Source: Chrysomallon squamiferum
Taxonomy: Eukaryota; Animalia; Mollusca
Assembly: GCA_012295275.1 (NCBI GenBank)
Contig: CM022679.1
Location: 19,282,001-19,346,000, forward strand
Direction of reading: 5' to 3'
DNA length: 64,000 bases
This document shows positions 12,801 to 27,761 of the stretch, one piece after another. How positions within the stretch are numbered: the stretch's first letter is position 1; each line of letters opens with the position of its first letter. The notes below the pieces were generated by a model. That model ran no database searches, was not told the origin of the DNA, and saw nothing but the letters and a program-made list of their open reading frames with translations. Made by a program: the position numbers and the translations under genes.

Positions 12801-15800
12801 TATTTTCTTTTTCGTTTTTCTTTTAGCTTTTTTCTTATTAATATTGATTTATTGATTTTTTTTCTCAGTATAAATTGTGTTTTGATAATATCAGTAGACT
12901 TAATTGTTAATTGTATTTTAGAGTTGTCACTGGACATCTATGAAGGACAGATTACAGCAGTTCTTGGTCACAATGGAGCTGGAAAGACCACTTTAATTAG
13001 CATGCTGTGTGGATTGTTACCCCCTACTTCTGGAACAGCAGTAATAAATGGCATGGTAGAGACCAAATTACTAGAAAAAATCTTTTTATTTTTAAATTTA
13101 AAAAATTGAGAAAAACAATTTTGAGAAAAAGCAAACATAAAAAAGCAGATCATACACTTTTAATTCAACATAAAATATTCGCAAGTAATTCACTTATATA
13201 CAAAGCCTTTTTCCATTATTATTATATTTATTTGTTTTAATCTATTTGTTTATTTGTTTATTTTTTTATTGAAGTGCATAAACAAAATATTTTATATTTC
13301 AGAGAACAAATATATTAAACTTGTTTTCAGGATGTGTCACACAGTGGAGATATGGAGAAGATCCGTTCAATGACAGGTGTATGTCCTCAACATGACATAC
13401 TGTATGACGAACTCACATGTCAGGAACATCTCATGATTTTTGCTGGAATCAAGGGTGCAAATCCAAACAAAACCATTGAAATTGTTAGTAAATAGTGTTA
13501 TTTCTTTTTAATAATAATGACTGTATAGACAGGAGACTTTGATTAGCATTTGATTAATAACAACAAAATGAATGGTGAAAATTACAAAACTGTGAAAATA
13601 ATTATTGATTAAAACTATGATGTTACATTCTGAATTTGTTGCCTATTGCATCTTTTTTATTTTTAGTTCTAAATTTTATTATGGATATTAAAAAATATTA
13701 CATAAATAATAAATTTCAGTCATTTTTTATAAAAGTGTTTTGTGTTATATAAATATCACCTGAAGGTTATATTTGGTAATATTCATATATACATTTATAC
13801 TGACATTTAAAGAAAACAACAAAAAAACAAAACTAATGGATGCTGCTAAAATAAATAGAAATAATAAAAAATAATAAAATGTATCTATTATTTTGATTGA
13901 ATTTAAAGGTAGAGAAGATTCTGAAAGATATAGATCTCACAGAACAAGCTGATACATTTGCTAGAAATCTAAGTGGTGGTCAGAAGAGGAAACTTTCTGT
14001 TGCCATTGCTTTGATCGGAAATCCAAAGGTATGATGTTATAAGAATTCAACATGACTTTTTACCTGACAAATTATAAACTGTCACCTATTTGTCAGGCAA
14101 GAGATGTACTTGGATTTCTGTTATCCCATTCATATTTTTTATTTATTTAATTTATTATTGTTAATGTATGTTTTTAAATTAAATTATGTTTACAATTGAT
14201 TAAATGTTGTTTTAGTTGTTCCTGAAGATCGGTTACATTGTTTTCTTTCCAGTAATACTTGATCCAGTAAAACAGTAAGTTATAGATTTTAACAGTAAAT
14301 TCTGTATTATATTTTATTTATAATAATAAGTAAATATATTTACTAGAATATATGTGAAAAATGAAAAAACTGAAGTTTTTTAATATTTTTTTTTATATAA
14401 TTTATTAGATTTTATTTCTTGATGAGCCAACTGCAGGAATGGACCCATTTTCTAGACGTCACTTGTGGTCACTTTTGAAAGCCAACAAAGAAGGGAAAAT
14501 CATTCTCCTCACAACTCATTTCATGGATGAAGCTGACATATTGGCTGGTAAGAAAATACTTTGGTATATTCATAATTTTAATAAAAGAAGAACAGAAATA
14601 GAGAAAAATACAAAGCAGATTGGTGTAATAAACTATTAAGGATGTTACTCATCTAGACATGTGAAAATGAAATGTTGACCTCATAATTTAAAATATTCAG
14701 CTGAAGTCAGTATAGTAATTTATTTCTTGTAAACAATACTCTCTATCTACAAAACGTTTTTTTTTTTCTGGGACATTCTGGTTTGAATTAATGTCAGGAA
14801 ATTGAATGATCTGTGTAATTTCATTATTGCATTAATGTATCTGATATCTATTTCTTTATTCACTTCATTAATATTTTTAACCATCTGTTTTCCTCTTTTC
14901 AGATCGCAAAGCCATTGTTAGCCATGGCAAATTGAAATGTTGTGGTTCTTCACTGTTTCTGAAGCAGCGGTTTGGTATCGGATACCATTTGAAGTGAGTA
15001 TTATCACATTTAGTGTGGATGCAGAGATATATATAGATATTACATTAAATGAAATTGAATTTTATAAACTTGACATAATATTCAAATAGTTCCTCAGAAT
15101 AAATTTGTTTATGTAATTCCTTCAAAATATTTAGTGTAACATTTTTTGTTTGTTATATTTCCCCATTTGTTGTTTTCTTACACATAAACAAACACTCTAA
15201 TTCATACACTTTTCATACACAGGAAAATAATTTGAAATAAAATAATAATAAAATTAATTAATGAGGATTCTATGTTACTTTAATAGTTGGTCAAATATCT
15301 AAGATTTACTGTTATATTATCACTGTTCTTTACTTGTTAGCAGTTTTTCTAATAATGAGGAAATAATTTAATTCATGTTTTATATAGTTCTTACAATGGA
15401 TTTTGATATTATTTCCAGCATGGTTGTTGACCCAGACAGTGAAGCTGAAAAAGTAATGGCGCTGCTGAAACGATATGTGAGTGGAGTGAAAATGAAACGT
15501 TCACATGGAAAAGAACTTGCCTTTACCATGCCAGTGAATGAAGTGACCAAGTTTCCTGGTTTAGTTATTCTTTTTCCATACACTATTTATTACATTTTAA
15601 ACATTGTTCTAGATCTGTTTAATGTTTCAGTTGACAGACAACTTTGTCAGTTAATTTATTTATTTACTTTGTCAAAAATAAAGCATAAAGTCTCTCACTT
15701 TTCCATGTGTAAATGTAACTCATAAGTAATGTAAAATCTTTTAACATCCTCGCTTAGAATTTATTAATAAATGTCTTTCCACTGTTTAACAAGCTAAAGC

Positions 15801-18800
15801 CATTGTTACAACAATAAAAAAATAGATAAATAAATACTTAATTCTTTCCCACAGTGACTGAAGTCATTGTTAAAGAAATATGTATTTGTTACTTCAGAGT
15901 TATTCTCAGCACTTGAAAAACCTAATCAGCTTCAGTCCCTGGGTATTAAAGCTTATGGAGTTTCCATGACTACACTAGAAGAAGTTTTTCTGAAAATAGG
16001 TAATGTAGTTAACTGATAAAATGTGATTAAAGTAATATAATCATCTTCACAGCAATATTTTGTTGCTTTTTGTTTGCAGTTTTGATGGCCATTGAGAGAT
16101 GGTCATGTAGAACATTTCGTTTTTCTTTTCTTGAGAAGAAGCATATGCATTTCTTTTTCTTTTCTTTTAAAAAAAGAAAAAAATGTTATTAATTCCACTT
16201 GCTAAATTAAGTAAAAAAATAAAAAATCTCAAGTATAAAAATCAATTTAAAAACAGAACACTGGAGGTTGGTCTCCAAAACTGTATGTACTACTTGTAGT
16301 TTAAACACTTCAGAATGATCAAAAATAAAAATGTATGGATTATGTTTTCTTAAATAGTATTATTTTTTTTTAATTTTATTTTAGATAGACTGAATCATGA
16401 AATGTTAAGCAGTGTATTTTAAAGTAATTTTATTTGCTTCAGTGCTATTTTAAAACCATTTTTTTTTTTGTTTGTTAGTATTTACAGAAATTAATTATAT
16501 ATAATATTGGTTTTGTATCTTCCTGGCTGATACAGGTTCAGAGAGTGAAGGGAAAGACATTGAGACTTCCCAGCACAGCCACAACACCCTGTTAGAAGTG
16601 TCACTTGACGATAAAAATCTCAAGAGTCGAAGATTCTGGACACTGCTTAGAGTTCGATTTCTTCTTAAAATTAGAACTATAAAGGCACTGATTTTTCAGA
16701 TAATGATTCCCATCATTTTGGTTGTAATTGGGTGTGTCATTAGCAAGAAGAGTTATTCAGATGATACATCAGGCCCCATACCACTTACATTTAATAAATT
16801 ATATGTTGTTCCCAACGGACCTCCACTTCTTGCTATAGATGGGGAAGGTGAGAGGCAAAAAAAATATTAATCTTATATTTTTTTTATTTTTCAACATTTT
16901 TAAATAGAAGGAATACTTTGTTGTGATTTTGGAATTGTAGGATATATATTTCTGGATATGAAAATAGTGGTTTGAAAATAAAATTCAGTTTATATGTGTA
17001 TAACTTACTATAAATGAAAGATGGTTTTTGGAGGGGGAGGATTGTTGTTTTTGTTGTTGTTGACTTTATCTGTTAATTACTAAAATATGTAAAAGAGCTA
17101 AATTAAAAACAGAATCATTGTATTCGTCAGTGTAAAAAATCCCTTTAGAAATTTAGTAATGATTAATTTGCAAATGTGTGAATTGATATTTTAAAGGTAC
17201 ATCTGAATCAAACATATTTATTGAGACATTGAGAAAACAGTATGTTATTGATCGGGTCAATGCTTCAGTGGACATTGCTGATCTGCCAGAACACTGGCTA
17301 GGTTTTAATCTTACAGACATCAAGAAAGTAAGTAAATTAGTGAGGTCATAAGATTTCATTTGGAAGATATCAAAATATCTCTGTTCACTTATGTTTTGTT
17401 TTTTGCTGTATCTGTCAAAAAATCATTTAACATTTTAGTCATTTTAGAATTAAAATTTTGAGCTAAATAATTTGCAGATTGAATGCTACAATTTACAAAC
17501 TCTAAAGCGTTTGGTTTTATATTCCATTTAGCAGTGTTCAGCCAATGAGTGCCAACCTCAAAAACAAAATTAGAGTAGATTCTTCTCCTAAGTCACATCT
17601 TTGTTTGCAATATGCAAATCTTATTTTCTGAAATTATTATTTTTTCCAAAAGACAGGAGAGAACCTTTTTGTTTTTAAATTGATTTATTCTCCAGTATGT
17701 ATGAGTTAGCATTAATAATATGCATTCTTTGTCATAATTCAAATAGCCTGTGTTTAAAAAATATTATCTGGTGATCTGTACATGTTAATGAATAGTATTA
17801 TTGTCCATTTGGTTTTTGACATGCATAAGCTTCAACAAATACCATTATCTTTGTCCTCAAAAGTATTGTTTAAATAGCTCCTAAAATTAATTAATAATAA
17901 TTTACTTAAAATAAAATGAAATGTTTTAAATATAAAATGAAAAGATTTTAATGTAGTATTTTCTTTTTGTTTTATTTTAATATTTTTGTTATTGAACCCT
18001 GTACAAATTTCACTTCACATTTTTGAGAAAAATTAGACATTTACCCAATTTATTAAATATGTTACTCTTCTAACGCTGTATTATAATACATTTTAGAGTC
18101 AGGCAGTTAATATTTTCTGCCTTTCTTTTACAGAGCAGTAGTTCAGAATACATTGCTCTGTACAATGATTCAGCAATCCATTCACTGCCTGCAGTAATTA
18201 ATGCTATATCAAATGGATTTCTGTCATTTATGAACAGCAAAGAAAGAATTACTTTGACCAGTCTAATGTGGCCATCTGTAGCTCAATCAGGAATACCGCA
18301 ACTTTCATATAATTCCAATGCCTTCACTGCAGCATTTGTCCTTGCTGTGGCATTTGTTGTTGTTCCTTCTGGGTTTGCTATAGAGACAGTATATGACCGG
18401 CAGGTAATAATGTTTTGTCTGTAACAAGCCACAAGAAGTCTGAGGACATTCATTTATTAATTAAGTTGCAGATATTTGCTAAGAACTATAAAAAAAAAAA
18501 TAATAATTTTGTAACCTTTATGCACTATTTTTTAAATATTTATTTTACATTTTTTCTTCCTTTTTTTTAATACTTTTTTTTATATATTTATTAAATTTGG
18601 AATTATAAGACTATTTTAAGAAATGTTTTTTTTTTTTTTTTTTTCCTTAAATTAATGTAAGAATACTTTAGAAATTGAGATTTTTTTTTTTTTTTCATTC
18701 AGATAAAAGCTCGAATTCAGCTGCGTGTATCAGGTGTGACATTCAGCATGTACTGGATCACCTCATTTCTGTTTCACCTGTGTATATATGTTATTCCTGC

Positions 18801-21800
18801 AGTTATATGTATTGTGATTGTATTTGCTGTTGAAGTGAGTGATTTATTGCTTTTCTCTTAGACAGTATTAGATTTATTTTTTATAATATTGAATGTCTTT
18901 AATATTGTTGATTTAAACAAATGATTTGATGATTTGTCTTAATAATAATTTTTTGGTCCATGTCATTTATGAGAATGTATGTTGTTGTACCCAGGACTTC
19001 AGATTTTTTTGAAATTTTAAATTCTTACTATTAGTCCAAATAATTATTTTTGTATCTTTAGATTAAAATGTATTTTGTTTGTAGAATTGTGTTTTAATTT
19101 CAATTGAAAATGTCAGTAGTCAGAAAATGTTTAATTATTTAATTTTTAGATCCAGTCATTTAATAATGAAGGTGCCATGTTATCACTGGTGTTGTTGTTC
19201 ATCACATATATTCCTGCCAATCTCACCTTGTCCTATGTTTTATCATTTGCCTTTGATAAAAAAGATTCATGTCAAGCTGTACTGCCTAATGTTTTTATCT
19301 TTGTGAGTGAATTTCTTCATTCATTGCTGAATATAAGAATTTCAGTTAAAAGTAATATAAATTAAATGCTAAATAGTTTTCACATAGCTGGGTTTTTGGG
19401 TTGTTTCTTTTTTAAATATTATTCAGACTCAAGAAGAGAATAATTTTAAAAGCATTCAGGAAACAGTATGTTTCCTATAAATTTCAACCCCCTTCAAAGG
19501 TAATTAAAAAATTTATTTATAGATTATTCACATAAATAAGAGAGTACAAAAATAGTATTAATGGTAATCATTAACTGTAATTCAAGGTAAGTATTTTGTA
19601 ATATCAGGTCTAAATGAAGTATGAATGATTTAAGTACATTTAATTTTTATTTTTATTTTTATTCTCAATTTTCTTTTTTAACTGATTAGTATTATTTATT
19701 TTTAATTCTTTTTTTCTGTTGTTTTGTTGTTTTGTTTCAGTCAGGAATTATACCATACATTGCAGTGTCATTAATGGATATGCTAAGCAAACCAGATACA
19801 GCCAAAATTTTGCATTATGTCCTTGCAGCAATGGATCCACCATATGTTGTCTTTGGTGGCATTTACTTCATTGACAGGGTAAGATATTGAGAAATAGTAG
19901 CAGTAGACGCATCGATGCATAGAAATATTGGCTAAACTTTCTTTTACAGCATCAACAGGATTTTATTTTAAACGTGAATTATTACACTTGGAATTACTAC
20001 AGAAATAAGCAGTTCTAAAATATTCAAACTGTTCTAAATTCAGAGGGTTTTTTGTATCGGCTGTGCATATATGTTATTTACCTTTAGAATCATATTTCTA
20101 ATTTTCATATTTCGAATTCTCATAATAATAATAATACTAATAATAAAAAGTATTTTAAACCATTCAGTGAAGATTGTTGAGTAATTCATGTCAAAAGTGT
20201 TTATTTAGTTTATTTTTATTTGGAGTTAATTTTTTTTTTTTTTTTTGAAATTTTAATCTTGATTTTTTTAATTCATGGAAATGAAAACTAAATATTTGCA
20301 TTACTAATAAATAAATATCTTTTATATTTCAGTAATAATTGTGATTGTTTTCCTTTCTTTTTGGTCTGCTAGATCTCTCAAGTTGCAAACATTCAGCAGA
20401 CATCAGTAGAATTTGACGATTACTTCTCATGGAAAAGCAACATTCCTTACACGATTCTGGTGGTTTGTATCTTTAAACAGAAAGAAAAGAAATAAACATC
20501 TTTTTCTTTTTAAATTATATTTCATAAGACAACATTCAAAGAATTGTCTATCTAAATCTTTAGTCACAGTTTTTGTAACTACCAAAAATGCCATATACCA
20601 TAGAATATTAACTTTAAATTTGAAAAACAGTTCTCACTCCTTACCTGTAGAATTGCTGGAGGAATTGGCATGAAGAGAATATCAATAACTAACTCTTACT
20701 GAGCTTAATTAACTTTACTGCTTATTATTTATTATAATAATGTAAAATTATTAGGAATTATTTTTTGGATTTTATTTTATTTTATTTTTTATATTGTTAT
20801 TTGGAATGGAATGAGATTAATACTGTATAAATATTTATTTTTATTAAATTGTTTTTAGTCTGTGGTTCACTTTGAAATTATGCTGCTGCTCCTATATTAC
20901 TTTGACATGAGACATGGTGGAGGAAGTGTTGGAGATCAGTTTTTGTCATGTGGAAAGTCAAACAGTCGAGTGATTCCAGAAGACAATAAAGACATTCCAG
21001 AAGATGAAGATGACGATGTCACTCAAGAACGATACCATGTCTCACAGCTCCAGAAGGCATCAGGCAAGGCAAGTGTATGAAATGTTTACATCAGTAAATT
21101 AGGAGTAGGATAAAGCTCAGAGACAGAGAACTGGTTGAAGCTATCTCCCAATTAAGTTTATAACTGCTTTATCAAATACAGTAAGAGCTTTCGATGTTCT
21201 GGAAGAAGTACATAAGGAACTCTAGCAGTCAGTGCGTTTTATTACACAAAATGACTAACACCAAATAAGACCATGAGAAAATCTTTTGATGTTTTGTTAA
21301 ATATTTTTTAAATCATTCATAATTATATACACTATGCTTCCAAATTACAAAAGTAAGATTTTTTTATTTGCCTAACATTAGAGTAAAACTTAACTCTGGA
21401 TTACAGTTGATCATAACTTTTCAGTAAGTGTTGATGTTACAATTTCTTATTTTCCAAACAGAAAACAGTTGCCTTTGTTGAAAATTTAAGAAAAGAATTC
21501 CCTGGAAAGAATTCAGGTCAGAAAGAAAGCAACACGAAAGTTGCAGTACGTAATGTTACATTTGCCATTGACAGAGGAGAGGTGTTTGGTTTGCTTGGAC
21601 CTAATGGTGCTGGCAAAACCACCACATTGAGTATGATCACAGGAGAGGTTGCTGCTACCAGAGGCAAGGTAAGACACAACAAATCACAGGTATTTTTTAT
21701 AAGCGCTGAGAGGTATCATTAAATATATTACAATGTAAATATGAGTACAGATTGAAAATCCTTTATCCATTATTTAGACTTATATCCTATTGGCTTTTCA

Positions 21801-24800
21801 CTTTCGATTGAGTTTCTGAAGTACTTCATAACATTTTAGTAAAAATATACAGGACACATGTATTTCTGTACATAGTTGTTTGTGGAATGCAAGTTCCAGA
21901 TGTCATTTGTGAATAAATAAGATTCCATTTGAATGACTTATAAGTTTAGTAATAAATCTTTTGTTTTTTGTTGTAAATTTTTCTTTTTTTCTTTCTTTTT
22001 TCTTTAGGTCATTGTAGGAGGTCACAATATCTTTTCCAATGTTTCCGATGCATTCCAGGCAATTGGGTATTGTCCACAACATGATGCACTGTGGAATGTT
22101 ATCACACTAAAAGAACATTTAGAGATCTATGCAAACTTAAAAGGAGTATCAAAATCCGACATTGGCCCAACATTCAACCAGTATGGGTGATTTAAGTATT
22201 TCTTTAATAACAAGTTTCATTTCTGCATTAATACCATCAGGTTTATGTTTTATTTTTAAGAAATTAATTTTTTTTAAATAATAATTATTATGAAAATTTA
22301 AATCGGAACCTTCTGCAGTTGTTTCAGGGTTTTGTGGTTTGGTTTTTTTTTGCATTTATTATTATTATTTTAGTTTGGTTCAGAGTTTAAAACTTGAAGA
22401 TCATACAAACAAATGGGCACAAAAAATGTCTGGTGGAACTCAACGAAAGGTAAAGAGCCATTATAATAGTCTTTGTAGAAAACTTTGATTATTTACTCTT
22501 CCTGTTTTAAGAACAAAAGTGAAATATATTCACTCATTTATATAATTTAATATATAATTCAGATATATTAAATTACATATTTTCAAATCTTGTTTACAGA
22601 ATGTTTAGAATTTGTGTATTATTTTGAATATGTTGTAAATGACTAACTGAAGAGTTACAGCTTTATTCATGTTTTAATGATTGAACTGATTTGTTCAGCT
22701 CAGCTATGCGATCAGTATGCTAGGAAAGCCAAAAATTGTTTTGATGGATGAACCATCCACTGGAATGGATCCAGAGTCAAAAAGATTTTTGTGGTATGTA
22801 AGCCACCTTGTACTGTTTCCAAGAGCCTGAACTAATGTTTATGTTATTATTATAATTTTTTTAAAAACTGCTACACATTAAAATGTACATACTACTGCAT
22901 TTCCTTCTCTTCTTTTGTGAATTTTAATTTTAAAACTGGACCAATATAATTCACTATTTTAATTTTTATTACTTCTTATTTTTTTTGGTCTCTTTAACCT
23001 GCATTCTGTCTTACATAAAACTGTATAACAATGGTTAACTGGGAGGACTTATATTTTGTTGTTTTAAAGGGACACAATCAGTTCCAGTTTCAAGTCAAGT
23101 GGTCGAGGAGCCATTTTAACAACACATTACATGGAGGAAGCAGATGCTTTGTGTTCTAGAGTGGCCATCATGGTTAACGGTCAACTTCAGTAAGTTTTAT
23201 TATTAATAAACATAGATGCAATTTACTGAAATTGAGCTTACTTACCTATTTCACATATTAGTTTCTTTACACCAAAAATATTTTAATCAAATACAGATGA
23301 TTAAGTGCTTTTACTGAAAGGGATGTTTATGTTTGATATATTTTATGCATACCTTTGCTATATGGATTTTTTTCTTCTGAATTTTGTTTTTACTGTTGCC
23401 TATAATGGAAATGAATGATTCAGTGTTAAACTTGAATTTAGATGTATTGGACCTACTCAGCATTTGAAGGATGAGTTTGGCAGTGGATACATACTTGAAA
23501 TCAAACTGCAGATTGACGGAAGACACATTGAAAACCAAATGGACAAATTAGAATCTCATCTTAAGACTTTGTTCCACGACATAGACTGTTTGGAACGTTT
23601 TGCAGAGCGAGGCCGGTACAGAATAGCAGAGAATGACAAGATGCTGTCTGAGTCGTTTTCTGCACTGGAAAGCAGTGAGTTAATATTTATTCTAGCAGTA
23701 TTACTGTTCTAGTAGTTCAAATATGTTTTTGTTATATTTAAAATCTCATTTTCCAGGACTTCACAGTACTTACAAAACTGTTATCTGAACCAGTATGTTA
23801 ATGATGATAATTATCACAATTTAGATGTAAATAAAGGCTTTTGCAGATAATTAATATTTAAATAAAACAATATACAATATAAAAAAACAGTCTTTTGAAT
23901 GTCATCTTACAGCAGTTTACAAATGGTTTTATGTTTCAGTGAAGCATTCACACAATGTAGAGGAATACAGTTTCAGTCAGTCCTCACTAGAACAGGTAAG
24001 TGCTTTAAAATAATAAAAGTGTGACAACTACTTTTAGAAATTGTAAGAATGCTCATTTGACACTGACATTTATATTTACAACTGTATCTTTTAGGATATT
24101 TTAGAAGTAGAATAATTGTGTAATTAAAAACACAACTTTTGTACACAGTGCTGAATTTTAAAATACTCGGGCAGACTGAGTGTTTTGATTTTTAGCAAAT
24201 TGTTACTGTGTTACATTGTTAGAATTGCATGGTGGTGTGTAGAAAACAATATATGAACTCTGACCAATAATAATCAGGTGGATTATTTGTCACATGAAAG
24301 AAACCAACGTCAAAACACACCATGAAATCAGTTTAGAACATACAGAAAATTTAAAAAAACATATCAGATATTTGTTGTACCTTCTGAATTTTAAGTGAAA
24401 CATCAAAAAAATTTCACAAGTACAGCCATTCTCCATTTTGTTGTTCATAATGCTTAATGACATTCGACAAATTAATCACTCTAATGAATTGTTTGCATGA
24501 ATGTCATACCCAAGAAATTGAAGAATGTTATAAAAATTGAAATAATTCATTGTATACACTTTGCTGTATCCAAAAAGATTATCAATTAAAATCTGGGTTT
24601 TTTAATGTTATTAAAGAAATAATTAGGTTTTCCAATAATTATAAAAGTTTTCTGTTCTTGTTGTTGTTGTTGTTATTTGTTCTGGATTGTTGTGGAGACA
24701 TGTTAATATCAATTTTGCTACAACGGATAAAAATTTCATATTTTGAATATTTTGTTTCTGCAGATTTTCTTGGATTTTGCCAAGAAGCAACTTGATGAAG

Positions 24801-24895
24801 AAGTGGCCAAATTTAAAGTTAAAGGTAAAAAGAAGAATCCACCATCAGGTCACTATAATTCTTCAAGAAATAATTCAGTCATTGATTTTGTTTGA
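6015..24895 (+). CDS. ABCA5: ABC transporter subfamily A, ABCA5-like full transporter (TMD-NBD-TMD-NBD), about 1655 aa; exon 2 is frameshifted as assembled
   Basis: 31 GT-AG exons with consistent phases: 6015-6101, 6649-7039, 7393-7508, 7788-8008, 8242-8599, 8747-8894, 9289-9463, 10071-10129, 12922-13055, 13331-13483, 13909-14028, 14409-14547, 14903-14993, 15419-15558, 15898-15999, 16536-16847, 17197-17327, 18134-18403, 18703-18834, 19150-19302, 19741-19878, 20373-20462, 20859-21074, 21462-21668, 22008-22180, 22374-22449, 22699-22793, 23070-23189, 23442-23674, 23940-23995, 24764-24895 (total 4968 nt). Motifs seen: ABCA N-terminus [15 protein letters not shown]; [15 protein letters not shown]; Walker [10 protein letters not shown] and GPNGAGKTT; signatures LSGGQKRKL and MSGGTQRKL; Walker [14 protein letters not shown] and [12 protein letters not shown]; H-loops TTHFMDEAD and TTHYMEEAD; TTLEEVFL; [13 protein letters not shown]. 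The subfamily is secure; ABCA5 orthology is likely but untested. Confidence 0.93.
7700..7760. repeat. (ATT)n microsatellite in ABCA intron 3
   Basis: Direct reading of tandem ATT units. Confidence 0.95.
9730..9912. repeat. Interrupted (ATT)n microsatellite / low-complexity tract in ABCA intron 7
   Basis: Direct reading; it explains the poly-I, poly-L and poly-Y ORFs in the track. Confidence 0.95.
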
Positions 24896-26399
24896 TTATT
24901 GCCTGGTTTCATTGAAATCGAGGAATAGAAAGATTTTGCAGCACACGAAATGATTTTTTCTTTTGGTTTTCGAAGGTATTTCCTAAATGAATGTATTTTC
25001 TAAAACAGTGTTTTGCATTTTGTTATTAGTTTGAACAGTGACTTTTTTAAACATTAAAATCTAGTCAGGTGTCATCCTTGATTCTAAATAATTATGAATC
25101 AAGTAATCCTTCTTAGGAGATCACTGGATATAATCAGTCTTCATTATGTCAAATATATTGAACACATCTGAAATAGAAAGTGACAAATGTGTTTTACTTT
25201 GTAATTACATTAGACAGTCTAACAGTACTTGTTACCTATTTGTGAGTTATGATATAACTATTCTAAAGACTTGTCATAGATTTTTAGCTGCTTTAAACTA
25301 GCTTTTGTTTGCTTGTGATGATTAGGTTGTTTAGGTTGTTTGTTTTTTTCCTATTAATATGATGTATTTATATTTGTTAAAACCTGAATAGGGAAGCCAC
25401 TTCATTGATTGTTATATGATTGCAGTCTGAATGCTTAGTTAATTATTATCTCAGATCTATTAAACATTCACTTTATTTTCAGACTATTATATATGATTTT
25501 TGTATTACTTTTAAAATAATAATAATATTATTATTATTATTTGCAATTTAGAACATGTTTTTTCACATCCAGTAGCTGAGTTTGTATTACATTCATTCAT
25601 TCATCAAGACTTAAATTATACTGGTGATTATTTTGTTGTATGTATAGTTTATTTATTATTAATAACTCTACTTTTTGTATCTCTTTTTTTTTTCTTTTCT
25701 TTTCTTTTCTTTTCTTTTCTTTCATTTTATACATTTCTCTTTTTTCTTGTTATACATTTTTATTTTAAATAAAAAGTAAATACCAGTGAATAATGGTTTC
25801 TTTTTTATGCATCTTAAGCTCAAGAGAGAGTTTAAGCAATTACGGAGAAGTGTAGAACAGATAGTGAACCTATAAATGTAAATATTTGTAAATTATAAAA
25901 TATCAATATAATAAAAATATATAATTATTAATCTGTAGTAGAACCATATATCTATGAAATGCACATAGGTAATGTTAATATGGTTGTGTTAGTGGTGTTT
26001 TGTGTGGGTAAAATCTATAAATTTAGAATTTTCCTATAGGTATTTTTTATAAGTCAAAACGCCCCCAAAAAATCTTTTATGTTTGAAAACTTTACATAAA
26101 AAATAATCTTATACAAAAGTAGTGTAAAGAATCTTTTTTCAAAATCTACTTTTAATCTTCTTACAAAGTAGAATTCAGGACATGTATGTCCATTATTTTT
26201 TAACCATTGTTTCTTTTTTTTTTTTTCAGTGCTAATGACTTTATCGTCTTGCATCAAATATATTGATCTTTTAATTAACAAATTATGGCACTACCTTCAA
26301 ATTATAACTGATTTCCACTGATACAAACTGATGTAATCAAAGTGAGTCTCTTTTCTTAACTTATTAAATGATCTCTCACAGATGAAATGACATGGATAG

Positions 26400-27398
26400 C
26401 ATTATCTGAACAGCAGTGCAAAGATTTGGGAGGATTTTCTCATCCACATACTGTACAACAAATTAGACAATTTCCTCGGTTTTCTAGATATTTTCACATG
26501 TGAGTTGAGAGAACTACTTGCTGTAATCATACACCATTGATGCCAAATATTTCTTCACATCACCGACTACATAAATGTATCGATATTTGAGTATACCATC
26601 TTGCAGTTTGTGATAGGAAACAAACAGTTGGAATGTGGCCTGCCTGTTTTCTTACTGAAAACTCCTGTACAGCATACAAGAAGTTTATGGTAAAATAGCT
26701 TTTTTCTGAAAGCTTCACTGATGATTTCCAGTTTGGAAATTGGCAGTAAAACAGCTGAAATGAAAGTTTCTCTATGAATTAAGTTTGGATTCTGTTAAGG
26801 CAGTTAGGTTGTTCTATCGGCACCAAACCATTGCTGGGCATTCCTTGTATACCCCATCATACACTTCTTATCCTCTGTGAATAATAATGTAATAAATCTG
26901 TATCATGTGTCTCTACTGCATTATAGTGCATTTCATCTACATTAAAGCATTACAAGTGTCAAAATGGGCATTTTATGGTCTGGTATGTCCACTTTAAAAA
27001 CGTATTTTATTACTAAACAAAAAATATTATGCCTGGGAATTTTTTATACTTTGTAGGCAGTATCTGAGAGATTAGTTTTGAATTGACGTATTTCAAAGTG
27101 ATATGGACAATTCAAGGTCAAACAAAAAATCAAATGGATAACCCAATTTGGCTTGTGCCTATCAAATTAGCTTTCCAGTGGCAACAGTTTCATAAAAATT
27201 TACTCACTGGAAAAAAAAATTCAGGGACGATATCTCCAAAACCATTGCTAAAATTGAACTAATATTGCAGAATTGCAGACTGTTTCTAAAAATGCAGAAC
27301 AGTATGAAAACATCTATAAAACTGAGGAGGTGTTCTAATTTGTACCAAACTACATGTCAAATTTCAGAAAAATTGAAGATGGTGAGGTAAGAATGACC
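26400..27398. mobile_element. Highly decayed Sola-like transposon relic
   Basis: About 27010-27120 resembles the subterminal sequence of the first element (taaacaaaaaatatta...ggaa...ttttata...gagatta...ttcaaggtca, compare 4031-4150). The block ends in GAATGACC (27391-27398), like GGAATGACCC at 4475-4484. The minus strand at about 26500-26720 gives broken peptides AVQEFSVRKQAGHIPT and YHKLQDGILKYRYIYVVGDVKKYLASMVYD, reminiscent of the Sola catalytic region. Confidence 0.5.
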
Positions 27399-27761
27399 TG
27401 ATGAGGCTATCCATCATCATCAGAGCTGTACATTTCTCCAATATTTCACACTTATATAGGTTTATTTGTTAAACAGCTTATTAATCAATTCACTATTAGT
27501 TTTGCAAAACATGCAAATTCCTAATTAGATTGTAACTTCTTTTGACTGCCAGTATGAGTTAGAAGTTTTAGATGGATTAATAGTAATGTTCAAAAATAAA
27601 ACTATCAAATTATTTTAAGAGAATTGAAATAATTAATACTTGATATCCCAAAATTTTTTATTTTAGCATTCCCGACTTCATATATAGGGGAAGCTGGATT
27701 TAGCCATGCTAACACACTTGTAATTAAGCAGAGAAATATGCTGAACTAAAAAGAAAGAGGA

